NCBI GenBank assembly: GCA_001599295.1
Contig: BCGN01000006.1
Span: forward strand, 248,001 to 312,000
DNA from: Sporopachydermia quercuum
Taxonomy: Eukaryota
Direction of reading: 5' to 3'
Length of the DNA: 64,000 nt
This document shows, piece by piece, positions 10,796-22,067 of the stretch. The position numbers and the translations under genes were made by a program. The notes under the pieces were generated by a model. That model was not told the DNA's origin and did no database searches. It was given only the letters and a program-made list of their open reading frames with translations. The number at the start of each line of letters is the position of its first letter. Positions within the stretch are counted from its first letter, which is position 1.

Positions 10796-12892
10796 ATGAG
10801 GTTCAGTAACACTGTTAGCAATCTAAGCGTTATTATGAAGAAAACAATGCTATTATACACAAGCCGAACGATGGCAACAGCTGCGAAGCGAATTCCTCAA
10901 AATTTGACTGAGAAAATTGTTCAGAAATACGCTGTAGGACTGCAACCAGGGAAAGTTGTTCAATCAAGCGACTATGTGTCCATCAAACCAGCACATTGCA
11001 TGTCTCATGATAATTCATGGCCTGTGGCTATGAAATTCATGGGTTTAGGTGCTAAAAAGATAAAAGATAACAGACAAGTTGTCATGACACTTGATCACGA
11101 TGTTCAGAATAAATCTGAAAAGAATCTAACCAAGTATCATAATATTGAAGCGTTTGCGAAGAAACATGGAGTTGACTTCTACCCAGCTGGTAGAGGCATT
11201 GGACACCAGATTATGATTGAAGAGGGCTATGCTTTCCCATTAAACGTTACCGTTGCTTCAGACAGTCATTCTAATACATATGGTGGTATTGGTGCGCTAG
11301 GTACCCCTATTGTTCGAACAGATGCAGCATCTATTTGGGCTACAGGTCAAACATGGTGGCAGATTCCTCCCGTTGCTAAGGTTGAGCTTCAAGGTAGACT
11401 TCCAGCTGGCGTTACTGGTAAAGATGTGATTATTGCATTATGTGGTGTTTTCAACAACGATGAAGTGTTGAATCATGCCATTGAATTTGTTGGAGAAGAA
11501 TTAACTGAGTTGCCAATCGATGCTAGATTGACCATTGCTAATATGACTACTGAATGGGGTGCTCTCTCTGGTTTATTTCCTGTTGATGAGGCATTGATCA
11601 ACTGGTACAGAGACCGAATCAATAAGCTGCCCCAACCTCATCCTAGAGTTAATAAGGAAACTATTGATCACTTAGAGGCTAATGCATTAAAAGCTGATCC
11701 TGATGCCAAATATGCCAAACATTTAACACTCAATCTTGAAACATTGGCCCCTTATATCTCAGGACCAAACTCTGTTAAAGTTTTCAACTCATTGGCTGAT
11801 TTATCAAAGAAAGAAGTCAAAATCAACAAGGCTTATTTAGTATCTTGTACGAATTCTCGTTTGTCTGATATTCAGGCTGCTGCCAAGGTAATTAAGGGTC
11901 ATAAAGTAGCACCTAATGTTGAATTCTACGTTGCAGCAGCTTCATCGAACGTTCAAAAAGACGCTGAGTCCGTTGGTGCTTGGCAAGATATCCTAGATGC
12001 TGGTGCTATTCCTTTACCAGCAGGCTGTGGTCCATGCATTGGATTGGGCAGTGGATTGCTAGAGGATGGCGAAGTAGGTATTTCTGCTACCAACCGTAAT
12101 TTCAAGGGAAGAATGGGAAGCAGAGACGCCCTGGCTTATTTGGCATCACCGGAAGTCGTTGCCGCTAGTGCTGTGACTGGTAAGATTGCTTTCCCTGAAG
12201 AAGTTGAAGGAAAGGAACTCCCATCTTTCAAAGGTATCGAAAGCAGTGTTACTATACCTCAAAGAGATGCCGGAGCTGAAAGTACAGAAGTTACGGAAGG
12301 TTCAGTTAATATCTTGCCAGGATTCCCTGAAGTCATTGAAGGTGAATTAGTACTCTGTGACGCTGATAATATCAACACTGATGGTATTTATCCAGGTAAA
12401 TATACTTACCAAGACGATGTTTCCAAAGAGAAGATGGCTGAAGTTTGTATGGAAAACTATGATACTGATTTCGGCTCTAAGACAATAGCTAGTGATATTA
12501 TAGTCTCTGGTTTCAATTTTGGTACTGGTTCATCAAGAGAACAAGCAGCTACATGTATACTAGCTAGAGGAATGAAGATGGTTATTGCTGGATCATTTGG
12601 TAACATTTTCTCTAGAAACAGTATTAATAATGCATTAATGACATTGGAAATTCCTGCGTTGATCGAAAAGCTGAGAGCTAGATATAAGGATGCTGAGCCA
12701 GAACTTACTAGAAGAACTGGTTGGTGGGTCAAATGGGATGTTAAAAAGTCATTAGTGACAGTGAGAGATGGACAAGAAGGTCCAGTTGTTTTACAACAAA
12801 AAGTTGGTGAGATTGGGGAAAATTTACAGGAGATAATAGTTAAAGGAGGATTAGAAGGTTGGGTGAAGGCTGAGTTGGAAAAGGGTAATTAG
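10796..12892 (+). CDS. LYS4: Homoaconitase, mitochondrial
   Basis: [38 protein letters not shown] Fe-S ligands and [11 protein letters not shown]; basic N-terminal presequence. Confidence 0.96.
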   Translation: MRFSNTVSNLSVIMKKTMLLYTSRTMATAAKRIPQNLTEKIVQKYAVGLQPGKVVQSSDYVSIKPAHCMSHDNSWPVAMKFMGLGAKKIKDNRQVVMTLDHDVQNKSEKNLTKYHNIEAFAKKHGVDFYPAGRGIGHQIMIEEGYAFPLNVTVASDSHSNTYGGIGALGTPIVRTDAASIWATGQTWWQIPPVAKVELQGRLPAGVTGKDVIIALCGVFNNDEVLNHAIEFVGEELTELPIDARLTIANMTTEWGALSGLFPVDEALINWYRDRINKLPQPHPRVNKETIDHLEANALKADPDAKYAKHLTLNLETLAPYISGPNSVKVFNSLADLSKKEVKINKAYLVSCTNSRLSDIQAAAKVIKGHKVAPNVEFYVAAASSNVQKDAESVGAWQDILDAGAIPLPAGCGPCIGLGSGLLEDGEVGISATNRNFKGRMGSRDALAYLASPEVVAASAVTGKIAFPEEVEGKELPSFKGIESSVTIPQRDAGAESTEVTEGSVNILPGFPEVIEGELVLCDADNINTDGIYPGKYTYQDDVSKEKMAEVCMENYDTDFGSKTIASDIIVSGFNFGTGSSREQAATCILARGMKMVIAGSFGNIFSRNSINNALMTLEIPALIEKLRARYKDAEPELTRRTGWWVKWDVKKSLVTVRDGQEGPVVLQQKVGEIGENLQEIIVKGGLEGWVKAELEKGN

Positions 12893-13500
12893 ACCAACGA
12901 ATAGGCATAATAATAGGTCATAACTATGATATGATAATGTACATAGGGCTGCTGTTACTACATGAAGTGTAGTTTATGTATATATGTATTTATGAATAGT
13001 GAGTAGATATAGAATATACCATATATGATTATTCGAGAAAGCAGTAGCGCATTGATAGAATATTTTTCAAGAATTGTATATGGTTTAATACCAAGCGAGC
13101 AATAATAAATATATCATCATTAATGAAGTGTCGCCTGTTGTTAATTAACAGTGAGAATAGTGGCACTTCTGACTTGATTAGCCTATTGATATACAGTACA
13201 TCCCTGAAAGCTCTTACTTCTTATACAGTCCGTTGTCAATTGAACAAGTATTAAAGTCTATCAATTTTCATATACACAGTAGATATTCTTGTAATGATAA
13301 ATTAGATCCTCAAGCAATTTCCAGTTTATATGGCGATTGCTTTCCTTTCCTACTCATATCATCACATCTCCTATCAGTTCATTTGCTAAACGTATTTGAA
13401 GTAATCAAGCAGCTCCAATGATCTGCTCTTAATGTCATAACGGGAAAAAATAATACCATCATACCAATATAAGCAAGAATATATTCATTTCATAATACAC

Positions 13501-13989
13501 CTAAATAGTCTCTATATCCTTAACAACCTCATCGTAGTTCTCCTTATATTCTTCAGTCTTTGAAGAATCACCCTTCTTACTTCCACCAGGAACAATCATC
13601 ACACAACTGGTTGGTCTTTTAGTAGCTCCAGCAGATCCTAAATCTTCCTTAGAAGGAATGAAAACATATGGAACACCATGATCTTCGCATAAAACTGGAA
13701 TATGAGAAATGACATCAGGAGGAGAAATGTCACCTGCTATCACAACAAGTCCCTTTTCACCTTTTCGTAGACTCTTGACAACTTCCTTAACACCCCTTTT
13801 AACATGCTTGGCTTTTGATGCTTTCTTTACAGTTTTTAGTAACTTNTTGTTTAACTTTTTTGGTGCAAGAGGTTCAGCGAATGGTAAAACGGCTACTAAT
13901 CGTTTTTCATAGTTATCCTCACCAGACTCTTCCTTTTCCTTTCTCACCTTCTTTGGTGAGTCGTCCTTCTTGCTCTTATCCTTCGCCAT
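13501..13989 (-). CDS. NHP2: H/ACA snoRNP subunit (L7Ae family)
   Basis: KRGVKEVVKSLRKGEKGLVVIAGDISPPDVISHIPVLCED...LGSAGATKRPTS. Confidence 0.96.
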   Translation of the reverse strand: MAKDKSKKDDSPKKVRKEKEESGEDNYEKRLVAVLPFAEPLAPKKLNXKLLKTVKKASKAKHVKRGVKEVVKSLRKGEKGLVVIAGDISPPDVISHIPVLCEDHGVPYVFIPSKEDLGSAGATKRPTSCVMIVPGGSKKGDSSKTEEYKENYDEVVKDIETI

Positions 13990-14181
13990 TATGTAAAATC
14001 TTGTGGTTATGTTGATGGTTGAAATTTGAATATGTGGATTAAAGAAAAACCCAAGAAACAGTTTCTATCTTTGTAACTATTCTATTTGTTAATTGTGGTA
14101 GTCAATTTTGTGTGATTGTCCCAATCCTTCTGTGAAACTTTTCTCTAAATGTCACAAATTTTTTTACTTGGGAAGATGAAC

Positions 14182-14443
14182 TTACCCGGATGTGACTAAC
14201 ATCAGGTCTCGTCGTGAGAAGAACTTGACTTCTCTTCAATTCCAAGAAAAGGCTTCAAACAGATTTGTTGATTGTTTCTTTCTACATTGAAGTACATTGA
14301 TAGAACTAATTCCTTTCTCATCTTGGTTGTCAATAGAGTTTATGGGATATATGAAACTAGAATGTTGGATNNCTTTGGCTTCACAGGAAAATATTAGCAT
14401 GATTCGTCATATAGTGTGGAAGGAATATTGGACTTGTCACGTG
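14182..14443. promoter_or_regulatory. Divergent promoter elements between NHP2 and the DEAH-like gene: Reb1-type TTACCCGG (14182-14189) and Cbf1-type GTCACGTG (14436-14443)
   Basis: Exact matches to known yeast general regulatory factor motifs in the roughly 500-bp divergent intergenic region. Confidence 0.45.
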
Positions 14444-14490
14444 GCTACTCTACATTGTACGAAAAAAATACACATAGATAATGGCTCATC

Positions 14491-16701
14491 ATGAGTAGTA
14501 AGAAGTCAGCTACAAACAGCATTGGAGAAGCAAAGCTGAAATTTCAATATTTAGCCGAAAAGTCCAATGTTTTAATCGTGGGAAGTACTCAGGAAGTGAT
14601 TGTCAAAGAGCAGCTTCTGCAATGGTTATTTGAGATTGGATGGACACATATTTTGTGGGCACAGTCTGATGACTCTAGCTCAAAATCATGCTTTGACTAT
14701 CTTTCTCGGGTTAATTGGAAGATACATGCGAACAAGAATGTAGAAAATGTTAATGCTGGAACTTCTAATGAACAGAGGACTAAGCACAGGCTTCCTGTGA
14801 CCAAGGGGGTTAAATTTATGACTCATAATGAACTTTTGGAGGAGGCTCTAGGTGATCCTCTTTTTCGAGATACTGACGTATTGGTGCTTGTTGAAGGTTT
14901 GGAGCAAAGGGCTGATATGGAAATTATGGTGTGCTTGTTGAAAAGGGTCGTGAAAATACGTAAGACTCTACGAGTCATTGTTGTGTGTGGTCTCGATAGT
15001 AATTCTATCGAAACGTATGTAATGTACTTTGCCGATGGTGTCAACAAAGATATTAAAGACAAGAGGACGACTGAATCCAAAGAAATAGATGATAATGTCA
15101 AAGTGGGTGTTGAGGTTAACAAAATGGTGATCCCAAATTTCAGAGGAAACTTATCTAATATTGAAGTGATGCATCTCCAAGAATCATGTGAGAACTACAT
15201 TCTAAAGTGTCAGGAACTAGCCTTACATATACACAACGAGGAGAGTTTGTCAGCAGGCAGTATAATAGTTGTTTTACCAGGTAAACAGGAAGTTGAGAAA
15301 GTCTCTTCAGGAGTTTTGACGCAATTGGTGCTACAGAATAGAATAAGAGGGGTAGATGCTATCAACTATGATTTTGAGGTCGTCTCCCTTTATAAAGGCA
15401 TCAACAAAGAAATTTTATCTGAATTATATAAACAGGAAGAAAATAAGTATTCCAGTTCTCTCAGAAGTAACAGACGTTATATAATAATATCCACTTCTTT
15501 GGTTGAAGATCTTGACCCTTGTATTCCTAACACTGGTTTTGTTATTGATAGTGGTAAAGTCAGGATACCCTTCTATGATTACGCCATAGGAATAACAAGA
15601 GTGAAAGTTCTCAATGTTTCTGTAGCTAAAGCTAACCAAAGAGCACAATTAATTACGGCAACTGCAGGTGGTAAATGCTATCGGTTATATTCTTACATAA
15701 ATATGAAAGACATACAAGGCGAAAACCTATCGGAAGTAAGCAGAATTGAACTGAGTGGTTTAGTTTTGAAGATGAAAACTTTAGGGATTCAGAACTTCTC
15801 CCAAGCAAAATTACTGACGAGATATGATCTCGAGAGACTTCAGAAAAGTTTGGTTTATCTGTACCAGCTTGATTGCTTGGATGGTAATGGCAAGCTTACA
15901 CCGTTAGGTAGTTTGATAGGAAGGCTAATTTATGCTGCTAGTAGTAGATCAGGATCCATAGAAGATACGGACTTCAGCCAATATATTGACAGAACAGACA
16001 TCAATGCAATTAGAATGGCAACATGTGTGGTTAAAGCAAAAGGATCAGATGTATTTGAAGAGATGCTTACGCTGTATGGTTTACAACAATTACGGACAGA
16101 GATGTTCAAGCAACAGGGTAAAAACGTGAGTCGTGATAATGATAACGATGACCCAGAAAGCCTGAAACAGGTCAAACTGAAATATGAACTCATTTCAGAG
16201 GAGGGCGATCTTTTCTCTAATTTGAATGCTGTTACAGCATACGAAAACGAATTCCGCGATTCAAAATATAGTGACATCGCAATGTATAGATGGTGTCAAA
16301 AGAGAGGAATCCATCATCAAATTATTAAACAGACTCTAAATATTCGCAACAAGCTTCAATATGAGTTAGAGAAAGACTCTTATTTCCAACAGCAGCCAAT
16401 CAATAAAACAGATGAAGATACTGATTCAAAATCAACTAAAATCACCAGACTGCTCGTGAATGCTTTCAGAAACAATATCGGAATGTTTCAAAAGGTAGAT
16501 GGCTCTATAAAACTTTCAAATAAGGCTGCAAAAGATTGGAAAGCATGGATATATCCCAAATCCATTCTATTCGATCTTCCTATCAATAATGATGACGTGA
16601 TCATATACACTGAGTTAATTGAAGCTAATGGAAAGATATATGCAAGGAATCTACATAAAGTAGACCCAATTGTTTTTAATCAATGTATACTAGATAGCTA
16701 G
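14491..16701 (+). CDS. DEAH-box RNA helicase-like protein (DHX35/Gih35-like) with degenerate catalytic motifs; probable pseudo-helicase
   Basis: Colinear with the DEAH fold: VLIVG..QWLFEIGW, VKFMT..EALGDPLF, IIVVLPGKQEV, FVIDSGKVR, ANQRA, GKCYRLY, LKMKTLGI, HA2 KLTPLG and EEGDLFSNLN. It has no GKT, DEAH, SAT or QRAGRAGR. Confidence 0.88.
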   Translation: MSSKKSATNSIGEAKLKFQYLAEKSNVLIVGSTQEVIVKEQLLQWLFEIGWTHILWAQSDDSSSKSCFDYLSRVNWKIHANKNVENVNAGTSNEQRTKHRLPVTKGVKFMTHNELLEEALGDPLFRDTDVLVLVEGLEQRADMEIMVCLLKRVVKIRKTLRVIVVCGLDSNSIETYVMYFADGVNKDIKDKRTTESKEIDDNVKVGVEVNKMVIPNFRGNLSNIEVMHLQESCENYILKCQELALHIHNEESLSAGSIIVVLPGKQEVEKVSSGVLTQLVLQNRIRGVDAINYDFEVVSLYKGINKEILSELYKQEENKYSSSLRSNRRYIIISTSLVEDLDPCIPNTGFVIDSGKVRIPFYDYAIGITRVKVLNVSVAKANQRAQLITATAGGKCYRLYSYINMKDIQGENLSEVSRIELSGLVLKMKTLGIQNFSQAKLLTRYDLERLQKSLVYLYQLDCLDGNGKLTPLGSLIGRLIYAASSRSGSIEDTDFSQYIDRTDINAIRMATCVVKAKGSDVFEEMLTLYGLQQLRTEMFKQQGKNVSRDNDNDDPESLKQVKLKYELISEEGDLFSNLNAVTAYENEFRDSKYSDIAMYRWCQKRGIHHQIIKQTLNIRNKLQYELEKDSYFQQQPINKTDEDTDSKSTKITRLLVNAFRNNIGMFQKVDGSIKLSNKAAKDWKAWIYPKSILFDLPINNDDVIIYTELIEANGKIYARNLHKVDPIVFNQCILDS

Positions 16702-17315
16702 TTTTTAAAAACTAATNAATTTTAATGAACCAAATGATTTTGTATTATAATCATCTTATCATTTTCTTCCTAGTTCATCTAATTATATAATCTCCTATCG
16801 TCTATCTTACATTCTCAATTACAGATTACATCATACCTAAATATTCCTCTAATCAGCATCATGCATAATCTTGCATAAATATTGCATTTTCTTTTTTCCT
16901 TCTCTTCCTCGGCGGGAAAATCATGACATAAACCACAAACAGTAATTCGAATTTCAACCACAAAGTACGGAAAACCCCACATATACAAAACCTTCTTTGT
17001 TGAGGATTTTGGCCTCCTGTCTTCTTCCTCATAGAATTCAATGAATTAATGAATGCTTGTTAACCGACCTATTGATATTATTGTTTTACTGTTCGTAAAG
17101 TCATGTGTATAATATTGATATCATAGCTTTTACCAATTTTTTGCTGGAATTACTAACATAGTCTCTCAACCTACCGGCAAATCAGAAACTGATCCATCTG
17201 AAGTAGCTAGTGGCACTGCATACTTCGTATACATTCTCATTCTATCACACTATACAAATAACAACCCTTTACAAAACACCCTTCTTGACCTCTGTTTTAA
17301 TTCGATTTCAGCACA

Positions 17316-19172
17316 ATGTCTTTCATGGCAGGAGGAGCAGAATGCTCTACATCAAGAAATCCTTTGACCCAATTCACCAAACATGCGAATCAAGACACAT
17401 CCTTACAACGGCCGGAGTTCATGGCCAATAATAATCAGGTCCATCAAAGATCTATGCGAAGCACAACTGCTGGTATGGGCTTGAAAGATCAGGAAGTACT
17501 AAACCAGTTCAACCAGGGACAAATGGCAGGACCAAATAGTTTCCAGTTTGATGCCATGCGCCATGAACTTACTAGGGTACAGGGCCTTGAAAGCGCGGCA
17601 CAGCCAGGATGGACCAATGAATTTGCTTCGGCTGGCCCCTTGATGTCTTCTTCAAATTCTTCCATTTCCTTATCAGCAGCAGGCACACCTGTTACAGCTT
17701 CTAGCAACAACTGGTCGTCCGAATTCCATTCCAGAGGTTCCACTCCCTTGCAACAGCAGCCTGGCCAACCAATGATGAATATGGGTGGTGGGTTAGGATA
17801 CACTCCACGATTTGTTAGTCAGTTTGCTAATGGTGGTGGTATGTATGCCAATATGCCTATGAATCAGCAAAACATGAATCAACAAGCAGGAAAAATTGTG
17901 GAACTGAGCGACAAAAGCTGGGACGATGAATTCAAGAAGATGGAGAGCACTTTGTCAAGCAAAGGTAAAGAAAAAATTCAAGAAGCTGTAGCATTAGGTC
18001 CAGAACCTGTTGGAAATATACTCACTGACAATCTACAACAGGATCAAGTACTTGAACAAGCAGAAGAAGGCGTCTTGGATGAGTCAGCTGCTAAGGAAGC
18101 CTTTGAACATGATGAGTTTGAAAGAATTTGGAATAATATTAACCAAAACGAGGAGTTGAATGACCATTTCTGGAATCAAGACGATGTTCCTGATTGGGAA
18201 AGAGATTATGTCGAACACAGTCAAAACAGAGCCAATTATGGTGACTACAGGTTCGAAGAAAACAACCAGTTTATGGATATGCCCGATGCATTTGCTATTG
18301 GAGTTCAGTTACAGGAATCAGGGGCAAAGTTAAGCGAAGCTGCTCTTGCATTTGAAGCGGCCGTTCAAAACGACCCTAACCATGTTGAAGCTTGGTTGAG
18401 ATTGGGTAACGTTCAAACCCAGAACGAAAAGGAAGATGCGGGAATCAGAGCCTTAGAAAAAACCCTTCAACTAGATCCTGATAATCTAAACGCTCTGATG
18501 AATTTAGCAGTATCATATCTCAACGAGGGATATGATAATGCTTCATATGCAACACTAGAAAAGTGGATATCAGTAAAATACCCTGACATTGCAGCTCAAG
18601 CTCGTAGAGAAGAACCCCAGTTGTCTGGTGAAAATAGATTTTTATTGCATAAGAGAGTCACAGAATTGTTCATGAAGGCAGCTCAGCTATCACCAGATGC
18701 TGCTAGTTTGGACGCTGATGTTCAATTGGGATTGGGTGTTTTATTTTACGGTAATGAGGAATACGATAAGACTATTGATTGTTTCAGGACAGCCCTTGCC
18801 ATTCGACCCGATGATGCATTACTATGGAACAGATTAGGTGCATCATTGGCAAACTCTCAAAGAAGTGAAGAAGCATTAGAAGCTTATTATAAAGCATTGG
18901 AACTACGGCCTAGTTTTGTTAGGGCAAGATACAACTTAGCTGTTTCTTGCATCAATATCGGTTGTTATAAAGAAGCGGCAGAACATCTATTAGGGGCTTT
19001 GANCATGCATAAAGTTGAAGGAGCAAGGGAAGACAAAATCGCCGCTAATCAATCAACATCATTATATGAAACTTTGAAACGTACATTCTTAGCTATGAAT
19101 AGAAGGGACTTAATTGAGAAAGTAGGTGTGGGAATGAATATTGATGATTTTAGAGGCGAATTCAACTTCTAG
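17316..19172 (+). CDS. PEX5: Peroxisomal targeting signal 1 receptor
   Basis: N-terminal conserved Cys (GGAECSTSRNPL), several WxxxF/Y motifs and C-terminal TPRs (WNRLGASLANSQRSEEALEAY). Confidence 0.97.
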   Translation: MSFMAGGAECSTSRNPLTQFTKHANQDTSLQRPEFMANNNQVHQRSMRSTTAGMGLKDQEVLNQFNQGQMAGPNSFQFDAMRHELTRVQGLESAAQPGWTNEFASAGPLMSSSNSSISLSAAGTPVTASSNNWSSEFHSRGSTPLQQQPGQPMMNMGGGLGYTPRFVSQFANGGGMYANMPMNQQNMNQQAGKIVELSDKSWDDEFKKMESTLSSKGKEKIQEAVALGPEPVGNILTDNLQQDQVLEQAEEGVLDESAAKEAFEHDEFERIWNNINQNEELNDHFWNQDDVPDWERDYVEHSQNRANYGDYRFEENNQFMDMPDAFAIGVQLQESGAKLSEAALAFEAAVQNDPNHVEAWLRLGNVQTQNEKEDAGIRALEKTLQLDPDNLNALMNLAVSYLNEGYDNASYATLEKWISVKYPDIAAQARREEPQLSGENRFLLHKRVTELFMKAAQLSPDAASLDADVQLGLGVLFYGNEEYDKTIDCFRTALAIRPDDALLWNRLGASLANSQRSEEALEAYYKALELRPSFVRARYNLAVSCINIGCYKEAAEHLLGALXMHKVEGAREDKIAANQSTSLYETLKRTFLAMNRRDLIEKVGVGMNIDDFRGEFNF

Positions 19173-19805
19173 ATACGGATAAAATGAGGTGAATGAATAG
19201 TACATGATCTGATGTGAAAGTAGAAATTAAGTAATCGTGCTCTGCATTTTTTGTTTGGTGGAATCGTAATTGATTAGAGAAAAATAATAGGAGAAGCATG
19301 TGTTCTAATATGTCTGAATTTGAAGTGTAAGGGATGCTATTATATTAATATATGATATTGAATACTTGAGCTATACGTTTCAATCTCTATAGAACGTGTG
19401 ACGTACATGGTTTACTTTGTTTTTGGTATTTAGATAATTTGATGGAGAATCTATCAATAATAAGCTCTCCAAATAAATAAAGGCAGATTTGTCAACGTTA
19501 GAATACAACTATTGATTAAAAAAATATACCTAGGATTTAGTGAAAAGAGATTTAAGATGTGTCTAGGGAATTACTGGAATATGTACTTCTTCCATATGAG
19601 CAGCGTGATAGGATGGTCGTCTACCCAACAGTATTCTGTCATACACAAGTATCATCTAATGTCTATCGCCGTCTACTGGTTCTACATTACTATTGCTATC
19701 ATCGTTTCATTACAAATATAAAATATTATTATTTATCTATTTACCTAGTTCTAGACTAACTAGCTTTAACCCTTCAGTCATAAATGCTATCATAAAGATA
19801 ATCAT

Positions 19806-20478
19806 CTATAGACAACATTTCTTACCGTCATCATCATGCACATTGTAACCACCTAATGGTTCATATCCAAATAGGAACTTACCGAATAGAGCACCTAGAA
19901 TACAACAGATAATGATATATCCATTATAATACATGAACAACAACATGATAATATATGATGCACCCCATTCGATGGTAAAAAACCCGGTTCTTATTAAATG
20001 TTCAAACAATGTTGGTCTGATCTCTGTAGACGAAGAAGAGAAGTTCATCAGCCATTCATGCTTAATGGTAGCCCATAATGGGTTTTCAATCTTGACAGGG
20101 TTTTTGTCCAATTCAGAGCTGGAATCACTTGATTCACTTCTGGGAGGATCGAGACGAGTTTGTCTCCTAGCTTTATGAGCTTTGATTAATTGGTTATCAT
20201 ATTCCCTGGAAAATCTATGGAACCATTGAAAAGCTAGAACAAAGAAAAAGACACCAATACAAGAGCCAGCAAACATGCCTCTGGAAGTGTTTCTCCATGA
20301 TTTTGCGATAAAACATGTGTCTATAGTGTACCAGTTCCATAACATCTGTAATTTGTTAGTATGGTCTTTATNGAAGATTCTTGAGCTTCAAGTTTATACA
20401 TACGGAAATCTTGCATTTACTAGCTGAGCTTGCGCTTGCGCTTGCTGTAGCATTAGCACTCATTCCTCCCATATCCAT
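19806..20478 (-). CDS. CTR3: High-affinity copper transporter, Ctr3-type; exons 20478-20404 and 20345-19806, intron 20403-20346
   Basis: Spliced product MDMGGMSAN...CKIS|MLWNWYTIDTCF...YIIMLLFMYYNG (MxxxM)...KKCCL. The 58-nt intron reads GTATGT...TACTAAC AAATTA CAG and keeps frame. Confidence 0.92.
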
Positions 20479-20565
20479 TTTTGAAGATGTTTTGATTATT
20501 GATTAGCTTTGTCGACCACCCGTAAACTTATATGAATATGTGTGGCAACACAGGTGACCGTTGCT

Positions 20566-20583
20566 GTTGTTGTTGTTGTTGTT
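20566..20583. repeat. (GTT)6 microsatellite upstream of the copper transporter
   Basis: Directly visible tandem trinucleotide. Confidence 0.8.
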
Positions 20584-20832
20584 GATTATTCTCTATCCTT
20601 TGCCGGACAATTGAAATCAAGAAAAGAAATATGATTGATATCTCCGAGAACCAAGAGTGAATAGCAGAATCTGAATGATTTTGATGATCTTATATGTAGC
20701 CAATCAACAAGAATATTAGACAATACTAAATATTCTAAAGAAATACTGATGGAAATTCACTGGTCCTTATATAGTTGAACTATCCGTCAGTCTTTCTCTC
20801 ACATTCAATAGATACGAAGGTCTGCTGAAAAA

Positions 20833-20840
20833 TGAGCAAA
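20833..20840 (-). promoter_or_regulatory. Copper-responsive element (Mac1-type TTTGCTCA)
   Basis: TGAGCAAA on the + strand reads TTTGCTCA on the gene strand, about 355 bp upstream of the CTR ATG and just upstream of a TATATAA near 20770. Confidence 0.65.
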
Positions 20841-22067
20841 TTAACTGTCTCTTCGATGAGCCAAGTCAGTAAGGCCGCTTAAAGTTCAGAATTTAGAGTG
20901 GAATAAAATACAGTTTAGCCAATACTTTAAACTTTATTTGATTAAACATCATTTCATTTTACTGTTGAGAATGCATTTATTAGTTGAAGATGTGTAAAGC
21001 GATATGATAGATCCAGAAATACAACAATTGTAATTTTGAAATATAGATCATATCAATTCTGACAACCTATAATGACTGAACTGTCAAAAAATTCCAGGTA
21101 AACTAAGATTCTCATTCTATTTTGTTTTCTCAATTCCTCCCACCGTAGCAAAATACAGTTACAGTTTTATAATAACTTTAATAAACCACTTGCTCTATTA
21201 GTCAATGGCAAGCTGCAAATCTTATTTAACTTAACTTTCAGGGCTGTTAAGTTATGTTTCTTCTAAACCCTATCCCTAAATGAAATTCAGTTCTCAGCAC
21301 TTCCTTTTACATTTTTAATGTGCTCATCAAGAAGTGATTTGATAGAGAAAAAAAGAACAATTAAATATATCATGGCTTTTCTGGAAAAATAATCCATCAA
21401 ATTAGCTGAAAATCATAAGGTATAAGCGCTCTGTCATCCTATGTCTATCTAACACTTCTGGCAGGGTAATTGTATCTAATCAAGCGTGGGATGTTTTGTT
21501 GCTACTTCTCTATTAGCTAATAGTTGAAATGCCCAATTCCTACTGTTTCCTCCACCGTTCCCCTGCGAGTTTCTCCTACATCTAGAAGTCTTTCTGTTCC
21601 AGTATATCTCAAAACTCGTACATCAAACAAAATGAACAATAGGCGTACCAATACACTTTGTATAGTGAACTTTATTGGTTATCTGCACTTCTTTATAGAC
21701 CTGAACTTCGAGTCTCGCTTCGTAAAATTCCCGTGATAAGTCAGATGACTTTTCCTTACTACCTACGGCTTCCGGATTTTCATTACTTCGTTTCCTTCTC
21801 CTTATCAACAAGCAGGATATCCTTATGATCAACCAATCGAACCTCCATCACCAACTTAGATTNCGAATGCAATCAATCAAAAACGAATCTCAGCTGGCTC
21901 CAGTTAACTTATTTCTATCACAGGATTTTGCGGATATTACTTATATGCAATCGTGTGCAGCATCAAATCTAAGTCTAGAATTGCTATCCATCAGACCATC
22001 AGCCATCTATATAGATAGATATATTGCAGACAATCAGTTGTTATCGTCCCAGATATAAACGATCAGA

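Noticed and set aside
17096..17184. PEX5 5'-UTR intron (TACTAAC at 17151)
   Set aside because: There is no convincing donor, and the adjacent TAG ends only 4 nt after the branch motif, closer than any acceptor used in this window. Left unresolved.
21524..22058. Short overlapping ORFs upstream of VPS26
   Set aside because: They are under 80 aa with no recognisable motif or splice signals; likely promoter sequence.
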